Translations under genes and position numbers: made by a program
Shown here: positions 48,350-61,500 of the stretch, piece after piece
Layout of the letters: every line of letters begins with the position of its first letter
How positions within the stretch are numbered: position 1 is the stretch's first letter
NCBI GenBank assembly: GCA_965645245.1
Contig: OZ287069.1
Coordinates: forward strand, 1,860,001-1,924,000
Direction of reading: 5' to 3'
DNA length: 64,000 nucleotides
DNA from: Massalongia carnosa
Taxonomy: Eukaryota
Notes under the pieces: generated by a model
The model's database searches: none
The model's input: the letters and a program-made list of their open reading frames with translations, nothing else
Told to the model about the DNA's origin: nothing

Positions 48350-51300
48350 ATGGGCGGTAAGCATCTCAAGTCAATATTGCTGTGGTGCGCCGTTTGGCGT
48401 TATCGCCGTCTTGTCTTCTCCATTGAGAAAACAACCTGCTAACTGCGATTTTCTAGACGAGGTACGACGATCTGGACGTGCAACCAAGGGCCAGCACACC
48501 AAGAATCTTGAAGCTCCCAATGTCTCCACTCCCAAAGCACGAGGCAAAGGGGGTCGCTCTAAGACTACTAAAGCTGCTGTGGAAGCTACGCCTCCGCCGG
48601 ATGATGATGCCGATGCCATCATTCGCTGCATCTGTGGCTACGTGGAAGAGGACGAGGATGACGACAGGGTGATGATTATATGTGACAACTGCGATGCATG
48701 GCAGCACAACGAGTGTATGGAGGTGTCCGAGATTGATTCAGAGTTACCTGAAAAGTACTATTGTGAAGAGTGTAGGCCGCAAGATCATCGGGAGCTCTTG
48801 GCTAAGGTTGCACGCGGGGAGAAGCCTTGGGAGGAACGTGCATTACAGAGAGAGCGGGAGGAGGAAGAGCGTAAGGCGCGGAGGCGCAAAGGTGGCAAGA
48901 AAGGCAAAAAGGGAAGAGCGAGTGAGGTGAAAGCGGACCATCCGAAAACTAATGGCACGCCTGTCGTTACGCCAGTGAAGAAGCCAGTGGCCACACCATT
49001 GAGCGAGCCAGTGACTACGCCAATCATTCCGCCTGTCGTTCCGCCTATCGTTCCACCTGTTGTTCCACCTGTCGTTCCATCTGTCGTTCCATCTGTCGTT
49101 CCATCTGTCGTTCCATCTGTCGTTCCCATAGTCGTTCCACCAGTCGCTCCGCCAGTCGCTCCGCCAGTCGCTCCGCCAGTCGCTCCGCCAGTCGCTCCGC
49201 CAGTCGCTCCACCAGTCGCTCCGCCGGTCATCCCTGCAGCTGTTACACCGGTTGAAAGATCTTTTCCAAGAGCAAGAAACCCCCCTCCTGCCAGTGTAAG
49301 ACAGCCTCTGTCTATCCCAGCCGCTTTATCGTCGCCTATCCATGACAGTAAACCAGAGGCTCGTGTCGAAAACGGTCAGAAAAGGAAGTTACCTGAAGAA
49401 ATTGTAACAGAACCCAAGGATGTAGATCAGCAAGTGAGTCAGATTCTTAAGCGTTGCGAAGTTTGTCTGCTAACAACCATCAGGGTCCGTCTGCTAAAAT
49501 ACGTAAAATCTTGAGCCCGGTGGAGACCAAGCCTCCTGCATCTCCTGCCCAGCGGCGAAAGTCAAACGTCTTGGCAAGTGCATCTAAACGTGATGCGAAG
49601 GGAATGGTGCTTCAGACGGAACTAGTGCAGAATATATCAGATCTTCAAAACCTGTCGCGCAGGAAAATTGCAGAAGCTTTAGTCAGACTTTTCGTAGAGC
49701 AAACCCAGCAAGCCCAAAAGCAGGGTGCATTCAATCTTCCCCAAGGCCAAACCCCTGATGAGTTTGGTCTTAGAATGGGACTTGCTGTAGAGTATGCGGT
49801 TTATCTGAATTTCTGGGGCCAGGCCGAACAACCCAGTAAAGATTATGGCGAAAAATTCAGGACGATTTCTTACAATGTGAAAGCCAATACTGCACTACGA
49901 GATCGTCTACTGAGCGGATCGCTGTCACCAAATGAGTTCTCCAAGATGTCCTCGTTTGATATGGCGAGCAAGGAGTTGCAGGAGAGGACGGCGGAGATGA
50001 TGAAGGAGGCTGAAAAGCAACATATGCTTATCCACGAAGAAGGGCCAAGGATTAGAAGAACCCATAAAGGAGAAGAACTAGTTGGTGACGATTCGAACAC
50101 GGCAACAGTGGCTGATCAAGTCTTCTCCCAGCCCATTATGCGTAGGAGAGACACCGACTTGGATCTCAGTGGCCCGAAACCAGCAAGTCCAGAAGCAGCA
50201 GCTCCACATAGTCCGGCTGTTGTTGAGTTACCGGACAATATTATCTATTCGGGCAATGTGGGCTCTCCTACCACCGCGCAGCCTTTGGTGGTGGACACCA
50301 AAGCACCACCGCGACCCTCCACGGCAACCGATAGGAAATCATCAGCCGCTTTCAACATTCAGGACGTTTGGTCCAGCGTCACTGGACCAGACGGGGACAA
50401 TCAGCGCGCTCGTCAAGCGCTCAAGCCTGCAGAATCGGGAAACCTACCCGTGCAGCGCCCACCAGGACCTTCTGTAGAAGCCGATGCAGACATCGACCAT
50501 CTTCTAAAAGACGAAGAACCCGAAGACGAAGAGCCATATTCCCCGGCTGACTTCACTACAGAGCCAGGCTCTTCAATTTGGCGTGGCAGAATGTCCATGG
50601 CTGGCGTTGCAGTATTCACATGCCTAGCAAAATATGTGGCCGGCGCAAACCTCAGTACCACCTATCCATGGTCGCAACTGATTCCTAGCACCTTAAGTAT
50701 TGAAGGCCGCATCGACATCGAGCGTGCCAGCGACTACCTCTGTGGCTTACGATGGAGTCACACCAGTGACGTATCCGTTGTGGCCATCACGCCGATTGAC
50801 GAGCCCGAGGCACACGCCCAGTTCGACAAGCTGTTTCAGTACTTTACCGAGCGCAAGCGCTACGGTGTCATCGGCAAAAACCCGGTCGCCGCTGTTAAGG
50901 ATACCTACCTGGTCCCGCTCGAAGCCGGCATGAGCAAGAAACCCGATTTTGTCGAGCTCTTGGAACACTGCACTATCGAGGACCCTAGCCCCGAGCGTAT
51001 GCTCCTGCTCACCTTCGTCATCAAGTCTAATAACTCCCCCTCCGCCCAAGCTACTCCGCGCCACCACCTTGATGCTTCCTCCGTCGCCAGCCCTATCGGC
51101 GTCAGCGGTGGCGCCCCAAATCAAGCGGCCTACCAACCTATCGGCCAGCCTCCCTCCCAAGCTTCGCTACGCCAAGCATACCCCAGTCCACAATCCGTCC
51201 CCTCGACAGCAAGCGCTCCTACCCAACCGCATTCCCATGCCTTCATCCCCGCGCATCAAGGCCCCTACCCGCCTCCACAGCAGCCCCAACCGCAGTCGCC

Positions 51301-51550
51301 AGTCCAACAACCACCCCAGAACTACATTACCGGGCCAACAGGGATAGAAGCAGCGCGCGTCGCGCTGGGGGATCTTGCCAACGCGCCTACTGTTGCGCAG
51401 CTCCTGGCCGAGGCGCCCCATACGGGCGTGCCAGAGTTTCGCGTGATCCGGGACTTGCTAGAGGGTGTGCCAGCCGCGCGGAACGATTTCGGCATGCTTA
51501 AGGGCATGTTGACGGTGAAGCATCAGCAGGGCGGCAGAGGAGGCGTTTAG
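48350..51550 (+). CDS. BYE1: BYE1-like transcription factor (PHD, TFIIS-M, SPOC)
   Basis: MG|DEVRRSGRATKGQH; PHD IRCICG..MIICDNCDAWQHNECM..YYCEEC; TFIIS central domain YGEKFRTISYNVK; RRTHKGEE; SPOC IEGRIDIERASDYL..KDTYLVP. Confidence 0.93.
49029..49232 (+). repeat. Coding 12-bp minisatellite, 17 units (PPVV/PSVV/PPVA) within BYE1
   Basis: Units CCGCCTGTCGTT, CCATCTGTCGTT and CCGCCAGTCGCT read directly; in frame. Confidence 0.95.
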
Positions 51551-52308
51551 GAGGGTCGGTTTCATGCTCATGACGTGAAGGTGGGATATGGGCAAGAGGA
51601 TGGGAGGATCAGCGGCAGTGATGATAGTATTAGTAGTAGGGGATATGCGGTACGAAAGTGTGTCTTCTTTCATCCTTTCGTTACCTATTGCGGATTCCGC
51701 TCTAGGGGTTGGTTTTCAAAGAGTATTCTTATTTAAAGGGGCGGCACGGAGCCCTCCCCCCCCAAATGGCTGGGCAATGGACTTCGGATTTCCTTTAGTC
51801 TTCCACTTTTCTAGCCAATCCTACCATTTTCTTTGATTCTTCTTCTCGCTGCGCTTTTCCCCCACTTCTTCCCTCCCCGGCAAAGAAAGCTGTAGGTACA
51901 GCCTTTTTATTTCCTTTTCGGCTAGCTCTCCGGCTTGCTGTGGGTAGGAATGGGGGGTTGGAGGGTAGGATCACTTTGGGAGTGATGGAGGATGGATCAG
52001 AAAAGAGGGTTGCGCAAGAGCGAGGTGGAGCGGAGCGGGTAGGGGAGATTCTGTGTATATATGATTCCTTTTCTTTGTCAAAAGAGACGGTTTGTAGTTT
52101 TCGGTAGTCAGAAGTGCTGTTCAACTACTGGTTTCTAGGTGGTTTTGGTAGACACCAGTGAATGATTAAGTTGTTGCCAGGTATTTAAATTAGGCTTGCT
52201 ACATTGTGTGACCAAACCCTCGAAGAAAGGCTGCAACTATTCAATCAATGATGTAATTATGCATAGAAAACTTATTCGTATCTTGCGACTAACAAACACA
52301 ACGAGGTA

Positions 52309-54204
52309 TCACTGCACTTTCTTCTCGCGTCTAAAAACCTGATCGCGAAGCATCAACATTCTGCCTCTAACCTTGGCGCGAATCCTCGCGAAATCATAGC
52401 CCTCCACCTCATCCGCACCCACAAAGCGCCTCACCAACAAATTGAAAATGCTTCCGAACGCGAGCGCCATGACTGTACTTGTCAGGATGATGACGTTGTA
52501 CGGCATGCTGAAGTCTGGTGTCGGCAGCGGAAGCAATAAGCTCGTGGTGCGCAAATAGACCGGTTGGGCGGGGAGGAGAGCGCTCCTATTTGAGGGCGAG
52601 GAAAGAAGACGGATGACAGCTGGGGCAATGTCGAAGCCGCGATTTGCGTCAGGAGGGTATTCAGTATACCGCAGGATGGCTTTGTCAAAGTCGTATGTTA
52701 GCACCACAGTTGAGGCGGCCGGAACGGAGATAACGAGTTCGAGCTGGGTACCGCGGCGACGATCGAGGGCGGGACGGTAGTAGATCGATTTTATGATGTT
52801 CGTATCGGAAGGATGATGGGAAATCCGGGCAGTCAGTGTGTGGAGGTAAGGTTTCATGAACCAGGGAAGAGATTCGAAGTAAACAAACTCAATGGAAGAG
52901 TTTAGGGATGGGTTGGTAAGGAGGGTTTGCACACCGCCGCGCTCTTGGCCATGACCTGTGAAGGAGCGGGAAGCATAAAGAAAGGGCTCGATAAGTGGGC
53001 TGGTAGTTTCAAGGACCTGCTGGGGGAGCACCATCTCGAATGGGTTGGAGGTAGGTAGGGTGAAGCAGCGCGAAACCCCCCCTTCTATTTTACGTTCCTT
53101 TGCTCCCTCGGAAGTATATACATCTCGCTGATGGGGGACATTCAGACACAAAGTTTCAGTTACTTTGCCGTCTGAATCAATAGCAAGGCAGGAGCCGCTA
53201 ATGGGACGTCCGAATACTTCCGCTAAAGTCCACGACTGCCCGGAAACCGTGTCCAGGGGGTAGCAAGCATCGTGAGAAGCATAGGATTTTGTTTGATCGC
53301 AAATGAGTTCTTCCTGAGGCACAGGTCTTGGTATCGGATTATCTAGGACGATCAGCGGCTTGCTCATCTCCTGGGTTATAACGACCACGATGACCAACCT
53401 CGAGGTCTTTTCGACCTTTCAATATCGAGCACCATATCTACTGTCTGCTCCATTTCGATGATGCATTCCAACCCACCAGGAGGGCAAACAGGGCGTACGT
53501 CAATAGCCATGCTCTGCCATGATGAATCGAAGAGCTTGTGTCCATCTAATAGGCTTGATATGCCAGCTTTTCCTTTGCAAGGCAAGAGCTTCAGGAATGG
53601 AGTTAAGTTCTCGGTGCAGACAACCTCACGAGGCAAGCTTCCGTGAAGCAGGTGAAGCTTTGACAAGGAGCTATTTGAGTGATCACCAGCAGGCTCAAAG
53701 GTCACTACAGGCCTAGTAGTTCGTGTAGAGTCAATGAAATTGAGTGACGCACAGAACAGGCCTGATAAGGCGTTGTTGAGAGTTATCCATCGCGAAAAGG
53801 CTCTGGTATGGTCAACCACGTAATCCATCAATTGAAAAGCTCATTCCTTACTCCTCGTCTGTATCAGCTTCAATCCAAGCCCAGAGCTCAACCCCGGTCC
53901 CTCCCTCCTTTGCTCCTCCCCATGGCCGCGCGCCCCAGCTCTCGGCGTCCCATCTTCCGGAGCTGAATCTCAAATGGAGTTCTCGAGTCCTTGCATGCTG
54001 TAAGATTTGACCTAGCGATCTCGGGATGTATTTGAAATGCTGCTGTTCGAAACTGGTTATGGAGGAATTACTGCGGAAATTGAATGATGCTAACAACGAT
54101 GAGGGAGGTAAAGGTTGGAGGAGGAGATTTTCATGATAATCAGCATCGGCGACCACTGTCCATAAGATTGTTAATAAAAAGAAGATATAAAAGATAGTAT
54201 TCAT
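52309..54204 (-). CDS. GPI16: GPI transamidase subunit Gpi16/PIG-T
   Basis: Signal peptide, ELHLRFSSGRWDAESWG, LSGLFCASLNFID, EVVCTENLTPFLKLLPC, EYPPDANRGF, LPTPDFSMPYNVIILT plus a TM helix; two introns. Confidence 0.96.
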
Positions 54205-54582
54205 GCCAGCATTTGAAGCCCTTTCGGCCTATGTCCAACCAAGATGACCGAAATTGGTCAGTTGATTTCTAAGAAACATTAGAAAGCGGAAAGCGGAGAG
54301 CGGAAAACGGAAAGCGGAGTGCGAGGGAGGAAAGGGAGCGCTTGGCACCTTGGCAGCTCCCACTTTAATGAACGAACTATCTATCAACTATCAACATACA
54401 AGCTCTTCAAGCAGGAAATATTTACGGTATTCCAACTTATATATGTCCCAACTACGGTCTAAACATATCTTCCTTCTCACCAGTGTCTCATCCACGTCGA
54501 TTCCTGTAGAAGATCTGAGATCCTAAAATCTCGCAGATTTTCCTCGAGGACTTACCAATCGCATATTAATCACCATTCATTT

Positions 54583-55636
54583 ATGGCGGCGGAGCAAAGG
54601 AAGCTGCTTGGTGAGTCTTCCACTCGAATCTGCAGCTTGTTCCTGCAGATGCTTTCTTTCTAGGCCTTCACAACCTTTTAACATACTCCTTCTACTCTAG
54701 AGCAGCTTATGGGTGCGGGTGCCTCCTCACGACACGCTCAACTATCTCTCACCGACCCCAAAGTTTGCCGCTCTTACCTTGCCGGCACATGTCCGCACGA
54801 CCTCTTTACAAACACGAAACAGGACCTAGGCCCTTGCCCTAAAGTCCACAGCGAGCCCCTCAAAACCGAGTATGAGAGCGCGCCAGACAAGAGCAAGTAC
54901 GGTTTTGAATATGACTACATGCGCGACATGCAAAAGTACATCGACGAATGTAACCGAAGAATTGATGCAGCGCAGCGGCGGCTGGAGAAGACCCCCGACG
55001 AGATCCGGCAAACGAACGATCTAGTAAGCCTCTCCCCTCTTATCTCCCCTCTTAATTACTCTACCCGACCACTATCATTTTCTTTAGAGCCGATCCTCAA
55101 AAACTAACAAACGCTTAACCCCATAATAGCTTAAGCAAATCTCCGACCTTTCCCGCTCCATCAACACAGGTCTACTAGAAATCAGTATTCTTGGCGAATC
55201 CGGCAGCATCGCTACCGCTGTAACGGAATTTTACAAGATTCGCACCGCCAAAGCAGCCAAGGAGGAAAAGGAGCGAGAGCTAAAGGCTCTGTCGGACACG
55301 TCGGGCCCGAGCGGGCATCAGAAGTTGCAGGTCTGCGACGTGTGCGGCGCGTACCTGAGCCGGCTGGACAACGATCGGCGGCTAGCGGATCACTTTTACG
55401 GCAAGATGCACTTGGGCTATGCGCAGATGAGGCGCACGTGGGAGGGGTTGCAGAGGGAATTGAAAGGGCGGCCGCCACCTGGGAGGGGACCTGAGGAAGA
55501 GAAGGGGAGGGGAGACGAGGGCGACGGAGGGTATGGTGGAAGAGGAGGGTTTGGCGGGCGAGGGGGGTTTAGAGGGGGAGGGAGTGGGTTTCGAGGTGGA
55601 TTTAGAGGTAGAGGTGGCTATGGGGGAAGATGGTAG
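54583..55636 (+). CDS. LUC7: U1 snRNP protein Luc7
   Basis: MAAEQRKLL|EQLMG; ZnF1 VCRSYLAGTCPHDLFTNTKQDLGPCPKVH; ZnF2 VCDVCGAYLSRLDNDRRLADHFYGKMH; RGG tail; two introns. Confidence 0.97.
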
Positions 55637-55988
55637 GATATTAATGACTTCGGAGGGTAGGGGAAAGCTTGGCGTTTGTGCAGGGAAGATTATTTCCAGA
55701 CGCTTTGGATTTATGACCCAGTGTCCTCTTAAAAGATACCCAAATCCCCGTCTCCAGCAAAGGGTTTCAGATCCTGGTAAATATTCGTCCAAGAAGCACT
55801 CTCTGGTTTCCTTCTTTCCCTGCAAAACCCGCCCCCCAATGCCATTCTTTCCGAAAGCACAAGACGACCGCCGAACCAACCATAGACGCTTTTATGTCAG
55901 GGTATCTCCTTCATCCGCGCCATTGCATCCTGTCAATGCTTCCAGAACCAATCACCTCATAAGAAAATCGGAGCTTCTCAGTCACCAT

Positions 55989-57080
55989 CTACCCAGAAGC
56001 TCCTTTGTTTGCCTCCACCTGGTCGGCCCAACTCTCAGTCTCCACTACAGGTGAAGAAACCACGCCAGCATCCTTGCTCTCCACCATTATGGCGACCCTA
56101 TCTTCCTCGGTCTTGCTAGAAGAACTTGCAATGTCGTTTTGCGATGATGCTAGAGGTTCCTGTAGTGGCCCTTTAGACTCTTTGGACCGAGGTCCAGGCT
56201 TAGGGCCGGGCCTCGAGGTAGAGAGGGATGGGAATTCGGAGTCCGCACGGAGGTTTGGAGGGGTGGTTTGGTTGTTGGGGTAGACATTCTGGATTCCTTT
56301 TCCGCCCTCAAATCCGCTTCCACGGCCCCTGCCGCCTCTTGGTGCCCGCACTCTGTCCCCTCGGCTTCTGTCTCCTCGACCCTTATCGCCTTTGCCCCTT
56401 CCTCCTCGATGCCCAAAGTAACCACGCTCAGTTTCTTCTTGATACCGAGGTTCATGTTCAGTAGAGCCTCCTTGCTGCCTCCCACCGTCTCTGTAAGCTA
56501 CCCCCCCATGTGCCCCCCTACGGTACTGGCTCTCCCTTGGAGAGCTGACCTGCTCCTCATCCTTTCCCTCATCCCACTCCCTCCCCGCCCTCGCTCCCAG
56601 CTTCCGTAATCTGTTCTTCTCTCGTTCGCCCTCCATCGCTCTCCTCGTCACCCCTTCCTGGGTTCTCTTCTGGCTTGCTTGCGCCTCACGCTTTTGAAAG
56701 CTAGCTTCGTCGGCTTCAGCCAGGCGATGGGCTTCTTCCCTACGGGCGCTATTCACCTTTGCGGCTTCAAGACGCTTGCTGAGCTCAGTCTCGGTAAGCT
56801 TAGGCTTGTTTATTCCGCCAGTGGCGGAACGATCTCCTCGAACGGCGGCTGAAGGCTTAGGTCCCAGACTAGCTTTGTTCTTCTGGGACTCGGCTTCCTC
56901 AACCTGATTCGCTGCATTGGGACGAGAGTTTTCCTGACCTCGTGGATGATTGGCCTGGTTATTACCTTGGGGCCTTAACTTCGTAGACTTTTGCGTTGTT
57001 CTATCAACTCTTTCAGTAAGCGGCGTGAAGTCATCCTCAAAAAGGCTATCTAATCCACGGGTTTGGGCGAATTCCTCCAT
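55989..57080 (-). CDS. Hypothetical RGG-rich coiled-coil protein
   Basis: Long open frame; first ATG at 57080 gives MEEFAQTRGLDSLFEDDF; AVRGDRSATGG, GREWDEGK and several RGG/RG repeats. Confidence 0.8.
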   Translation of the reverse strand: MEEFAQTRGLDSLFEDDFTPLTERVDRTTQKSTKLRPQGNNQANHPRGQENSRPNAANQVEEAESQKNKASLGPKPSAAVRGDRSATGGINKPKLTETELSKRLEAAKVNSARREEAHRLAEADEASFQKREAQASQKRTQEGVTRRAMEGEREKNRLRKLGARAGREWDEGKDEEQVSSPRESQYRRGAHGGVAYRDGGRQQGGSTEHEPRYQEETERGYFGHRGGRGKGDKGRGDRSRGDRVRAPRGGRGRGSGFEGGKGIQNVYPNNQTTPPNLRADSEFPSLSTSRPGPKPGPRSKESKGPLQEPLASSQNDIASSSSKTEEDRVAIMVESKDAGVVSSPVVETESWADQVEANKGASG

Positions 57081-58504
57081 TGCGGAGTCGTGTGATTCCG
57101 AGCCTTCAACGATACAAGTTAGTCGATTCGAATCTACCAAGTAATGGGCAATTAAAAATATGTGAGAGTCAAACCTCGAATGGAAGAGCTGTTACGACCT
57201 TTTTGAGAATTTGCAGACCAAGCAACTTAGATTGTGGCCGCAGGTGGTAATAATTGCACAAACGGACAACTTTAGAACGTTTTACAGTAGATGTCGCTCT
57301 TTTCTTGTGGTAAAATTTCCCTGCTCGGAGCCTAGATTTTTTAGAGCGCGCAGAACCGCACCTATATCTACCATGAGCGTTGATGAACGTTTGTCCAATA
57401 GATGAATGACGTTTTGACAGGCAAAGGAATAAGCTTGATCCGGTTCTAGCCAGAGCGGGTTAGTTAGCTAACTACGATTAAAGTCGATTATCGAAATGAA
57501 TAGCCCTGAACTGATTAATTCATAAAGCACCACGTGATCGCAAGAACTCCCAACGTCCTACCGATTAACGTAAATGAATCGTACGGGAAATTGATTCGAA
57601 CAGCGGAAAGCAGTTGATGCTGCATTTATATCGAACAGCGCACGCAAAACATAGAGCCTGAGAAGCATAAGCTTTGGAATGTAACTCTGCTATGCCCGGG
57701 CGAGGGGCCAGATCATAGCTACAGAGTACATGATATGATGCTTTCTGATCCCAAATCCGATAGAGTAGCAAATACCTTAGATACATACCTACCTGAGTAG
57801 GTACGAGCCTATATGGGTCAGTATTCAACTTCCAGAGGGTCGCCGATAGATCTTCCTCCCTTCGATGTGATTTGGTGTATCATGTACAAGTACTCGGTAC
57901 TCCGGCAAAGAGACAGATACGGGCAGTGAGCCAAGTGGGGTTAGGCCTCATCCCTGCCACCTAAAGTGTTCCTCCACTCGCTCAGGTACAGAGTATTGCG
58001 GTTTGCCAATACATGATTCTGCTGGCGAAGCCCGTCATTTATCCCATTACAGAAGAAAAAAATCTTCCTTCAACACTCGCTTCCATTTAACTTACTTGCC
58101 TAACTATCATTATTCACACCCCAGGACCTTATCTCATATCGCCAAAACCCTCCACTTCTACAAAGGCCAAAACGGGACTCTAGCCTGGTCTAGAATATGT
58201 GACAACCTCGTTCACTCTAGGATAGATCTCCGCGAATGGAGGCTTAAAACGCATGGCCCGGGCTCCTTCTTCAACGCTCGAATTCCCAAACAACGAATCC
58301 ATCCCAGCCTCACTCATACCCAGGTAGCTACTACTCATTCTACTTCTCATTTGTTCTGCGGTGTCGTTTCTGAGCTCCACCGGCAGCGGCAACCTCAGAT
58401 CTGTACCACTGCCCACACCAACACAAGAACACACCCATCCACATATATGATCGTTTGTCCTCTTCGCAGGACCTTACCGCCATTGAGTCAAGAAGCAAAT
58501 TCTC

Positions 58505-61500
58505 ATGTCTTCCAGAGTGACTCGCTCTTCAGCGAGACTCGCAGCAGATACCTTGCCAGCAGCCGCTTCGGCATCTACCACCGCCCCGGTTCCCCTTCAA
58601 CCTCCATCCAGATCTCGAAAACGGAAGGCGACAGCGCTTCGTGACCCAAGCCCAGAAGACACCCCAGCTACAAAACCATCGCCCCCAAGGCGGGCCAAAA
58701 AGGCAAAACTAGCACAATCCGTACCCTCACCGCCACCGTTACCCAGAGCTCGACGCCGAGCTGCCGGACAGTCGACTGTTATGGCACATCCAGGGTGAGA
58801 TCAAGTTTAGTATCTGTTTGTGCTATTCTTACATCAAACAGTCCATCTTCAGGTCCAGCAGGTAGCAACGATACCACTCCATCCGCTAAGCAGGATGTAT
58901 CAAGGAGGAAATCGGGCCGTAACAAAAAAGTCTCTCCGGGTATTATCCCCGCTACGATCAAGTTTACTCACAGCCTGTTAACTATCTCTCAGAGGTAGAA
59001 CCATCGGCTGCGCCGACGGCATCTACAGCTCGACGCCCAAAAAAGGCTTTAGCCAAGAAAAATGAAGATGCTCCGGCGAAAGGTACGGAGATTACTTTGA
59101 AGGCTGACTTGAGACGTCCTGATACCAACTCGAAAGGTGGAGGATTTAGCGATGATGAAGATGCAGGAGGTCGCCGAGGATATGAAGAGGAGGATGATGG
59201 AGATGATCCATTTCAAGGAAGCTTCCTCGGTCATGAAGGTTCAGCTAGCGGGATTTCAAGCACTCTCCGTGCACTAAGTGGCATGGTATCTGGCGTGTCC
59301 TCACGGCTACGGGAGATATTGGCAAATCTGAGGCATAAGGATGATCCTTCCGTTCAGCTAATTGCCTTGCAGGAGCTTTCCGAGATTTTACTCGTCTCAA
59401 CCGAGGATAATCTCTCCGGCCACTTCTCACCAGATCAATTCGTGAAAGAACTTGTCACGTTGATGCAGCCCAGTGAATACGGGGAGGAGAATCCAGAAAT
59501 GATGCTACTAGCATGTCGTTGTATCGCCAATCTTATGGAAGCTCTACCGCCATCTACAGCCAACGTTGTCTATGGGGGCGCTGTACCCATACTATGTCAA
59601 AAGCTTCTAGAGATCCACTTTATTGATCTTGCTGAGCAGGCACTAAGTGTTAGTTTTCCCGGTTTTGGTCAGTCCAAAAAAGCTAACGTTAGCTTTAGAC
59701 GTTAGAGAAAATATCTGTTGAATTTCCGACTTCCATCGTCCGTGAGGGAGGCCTTACAGCATGTTTAACGTACCTTGACTTCTTTGCCACAAGCACTCAA
59801 AGGACTGCAGTTACGACTGCGGCTAATTGTTGTCGAAACATCCCTCAAGACTCTTTCCCCGTGATCCGAGATGTCATGCCCATCCTCCTCAACGTACTCG
59901 GTAGTAGCGACCAGAAAGTCGTAGAACAAGGTTCCTTATGTGTTTCTAGAGTTGTTGAGAGCTTCAAATACCAGCAAGACAAGTTGGAGGAACTGATTAG
60001 CACAGACCTACTCAAGGCAATTCGGCGTCTTCTCTTGCCAGGTACTACCAATTTGATAGGGCCGAGCATTCATACACAGTTCCTCAGAGTTCTCGCCATC
60101 ACAGCTCGTGCAAGTCCTACACTTTCAGCAGAGCTTTTTAAGATGAACATTGTTGATACCATATATCAAATACTTACAGGGGTATCTCCACCTACTGGGG
60201 TAGAGGACATCGCTTCCCAGATCGACAGCGTAATTATCATGCAAGCTTTAATACACAGACCACGAGAGCAAGTCTATGAGACGCTAAATGTAATCTGCGA
60301 GTTACTGCCTGGGATTCATAGCGAAAGTTTGCCCTTTGGCGATGATCTACTTGCCGCAGGGTTTGCGGCTGACGACTTGATTGCTATGGGGGATCCCAAG
60401 ATGGCTATATCGCCTAATACAAAACGAGTTGAACTGTTGAAAAGCTGCAAGGAGGAGCTCAAGCGCTTCGCCCTCGTGCTCCTTCCGACTCTCACCGAAG
60501 CATATTCCAGCACGGTCAATCTTAGTGTGCGACAGAAAGTGTTGACGGCTCAATTGAAGATGCTTTCCAACTTAGATACGTCTATATTAGAGGATGCATT
60601 GCGTACAGTGCCTTACGCCTCATATCTAGCATCAATACTATCTCAACAGGATCATCCTTCGTTGGTGACCTACGCCCTGCAAGCGGCCGAGTTATTGCTG
60701 GTGCGGTTGGAATCGATCTACCGCTATCAATTTTATCGAGAGGGAGTAATGGCCGAAATTTTGAAGCTTGCTAGTCAGCCATCAAAGGCCGTCGAGCATA
60801 AATCTAAAGCAATTAAGGTCGATCCGGATGTCACCTTGTTAGTAATGCTTGGGGAGGAGCCCGACGAAAAGACTGCTGGGAGCGAGCCTTCTGATGAAGA
60901 GAATGATCAGGAGGAGGATGACGATGATGACGACGACGACGAACCGAGTCATGCTCATGAAGATGTCTCGCCCTCACCATCTGAGTCTTCGGCATCGGAT
61001 CAGAATGAAACAGGCCAATCTCATTCCACCAACCAACAAGATTATATCGCTCTACGCGCGAAGAGACTTCTAGACGTTCATGAGAGTTCAAAAGGAACAG
61101 ACATTCGCGATAAAGCCACCGCAATTCTCAACGAACTTAAAACACTTGCAAAGGATATTGAGGCCTGCTACCTTGGTGATGGTGATGGCAACGGTACTGA
61201 GCTTTTCATACGGTTGTCAAAACATTTCTTTGGAGATGCTTTGGAAAGCATTACAAGCTCCGAGCTACTTCATTCAGAAATCGTCCAGGTTCTACTAAAC
61301 GTTTTCAATAATCCAGATGGTAAGCTATTGACCCAGACTGAATCGTGCTCTACTGCCTTCTGACCTTGAATCAACACAGAGGTTCTTAAGGCAAGCGCTC
61401 GCAAATCATTTCTTGAAGTTTTCATGCACGCACCAGTTGAGAGCTATTCGAGAAAGCAAGGCTTTAAGACCTCAACAACGCCCTTTGGCGTCCTTGTACA

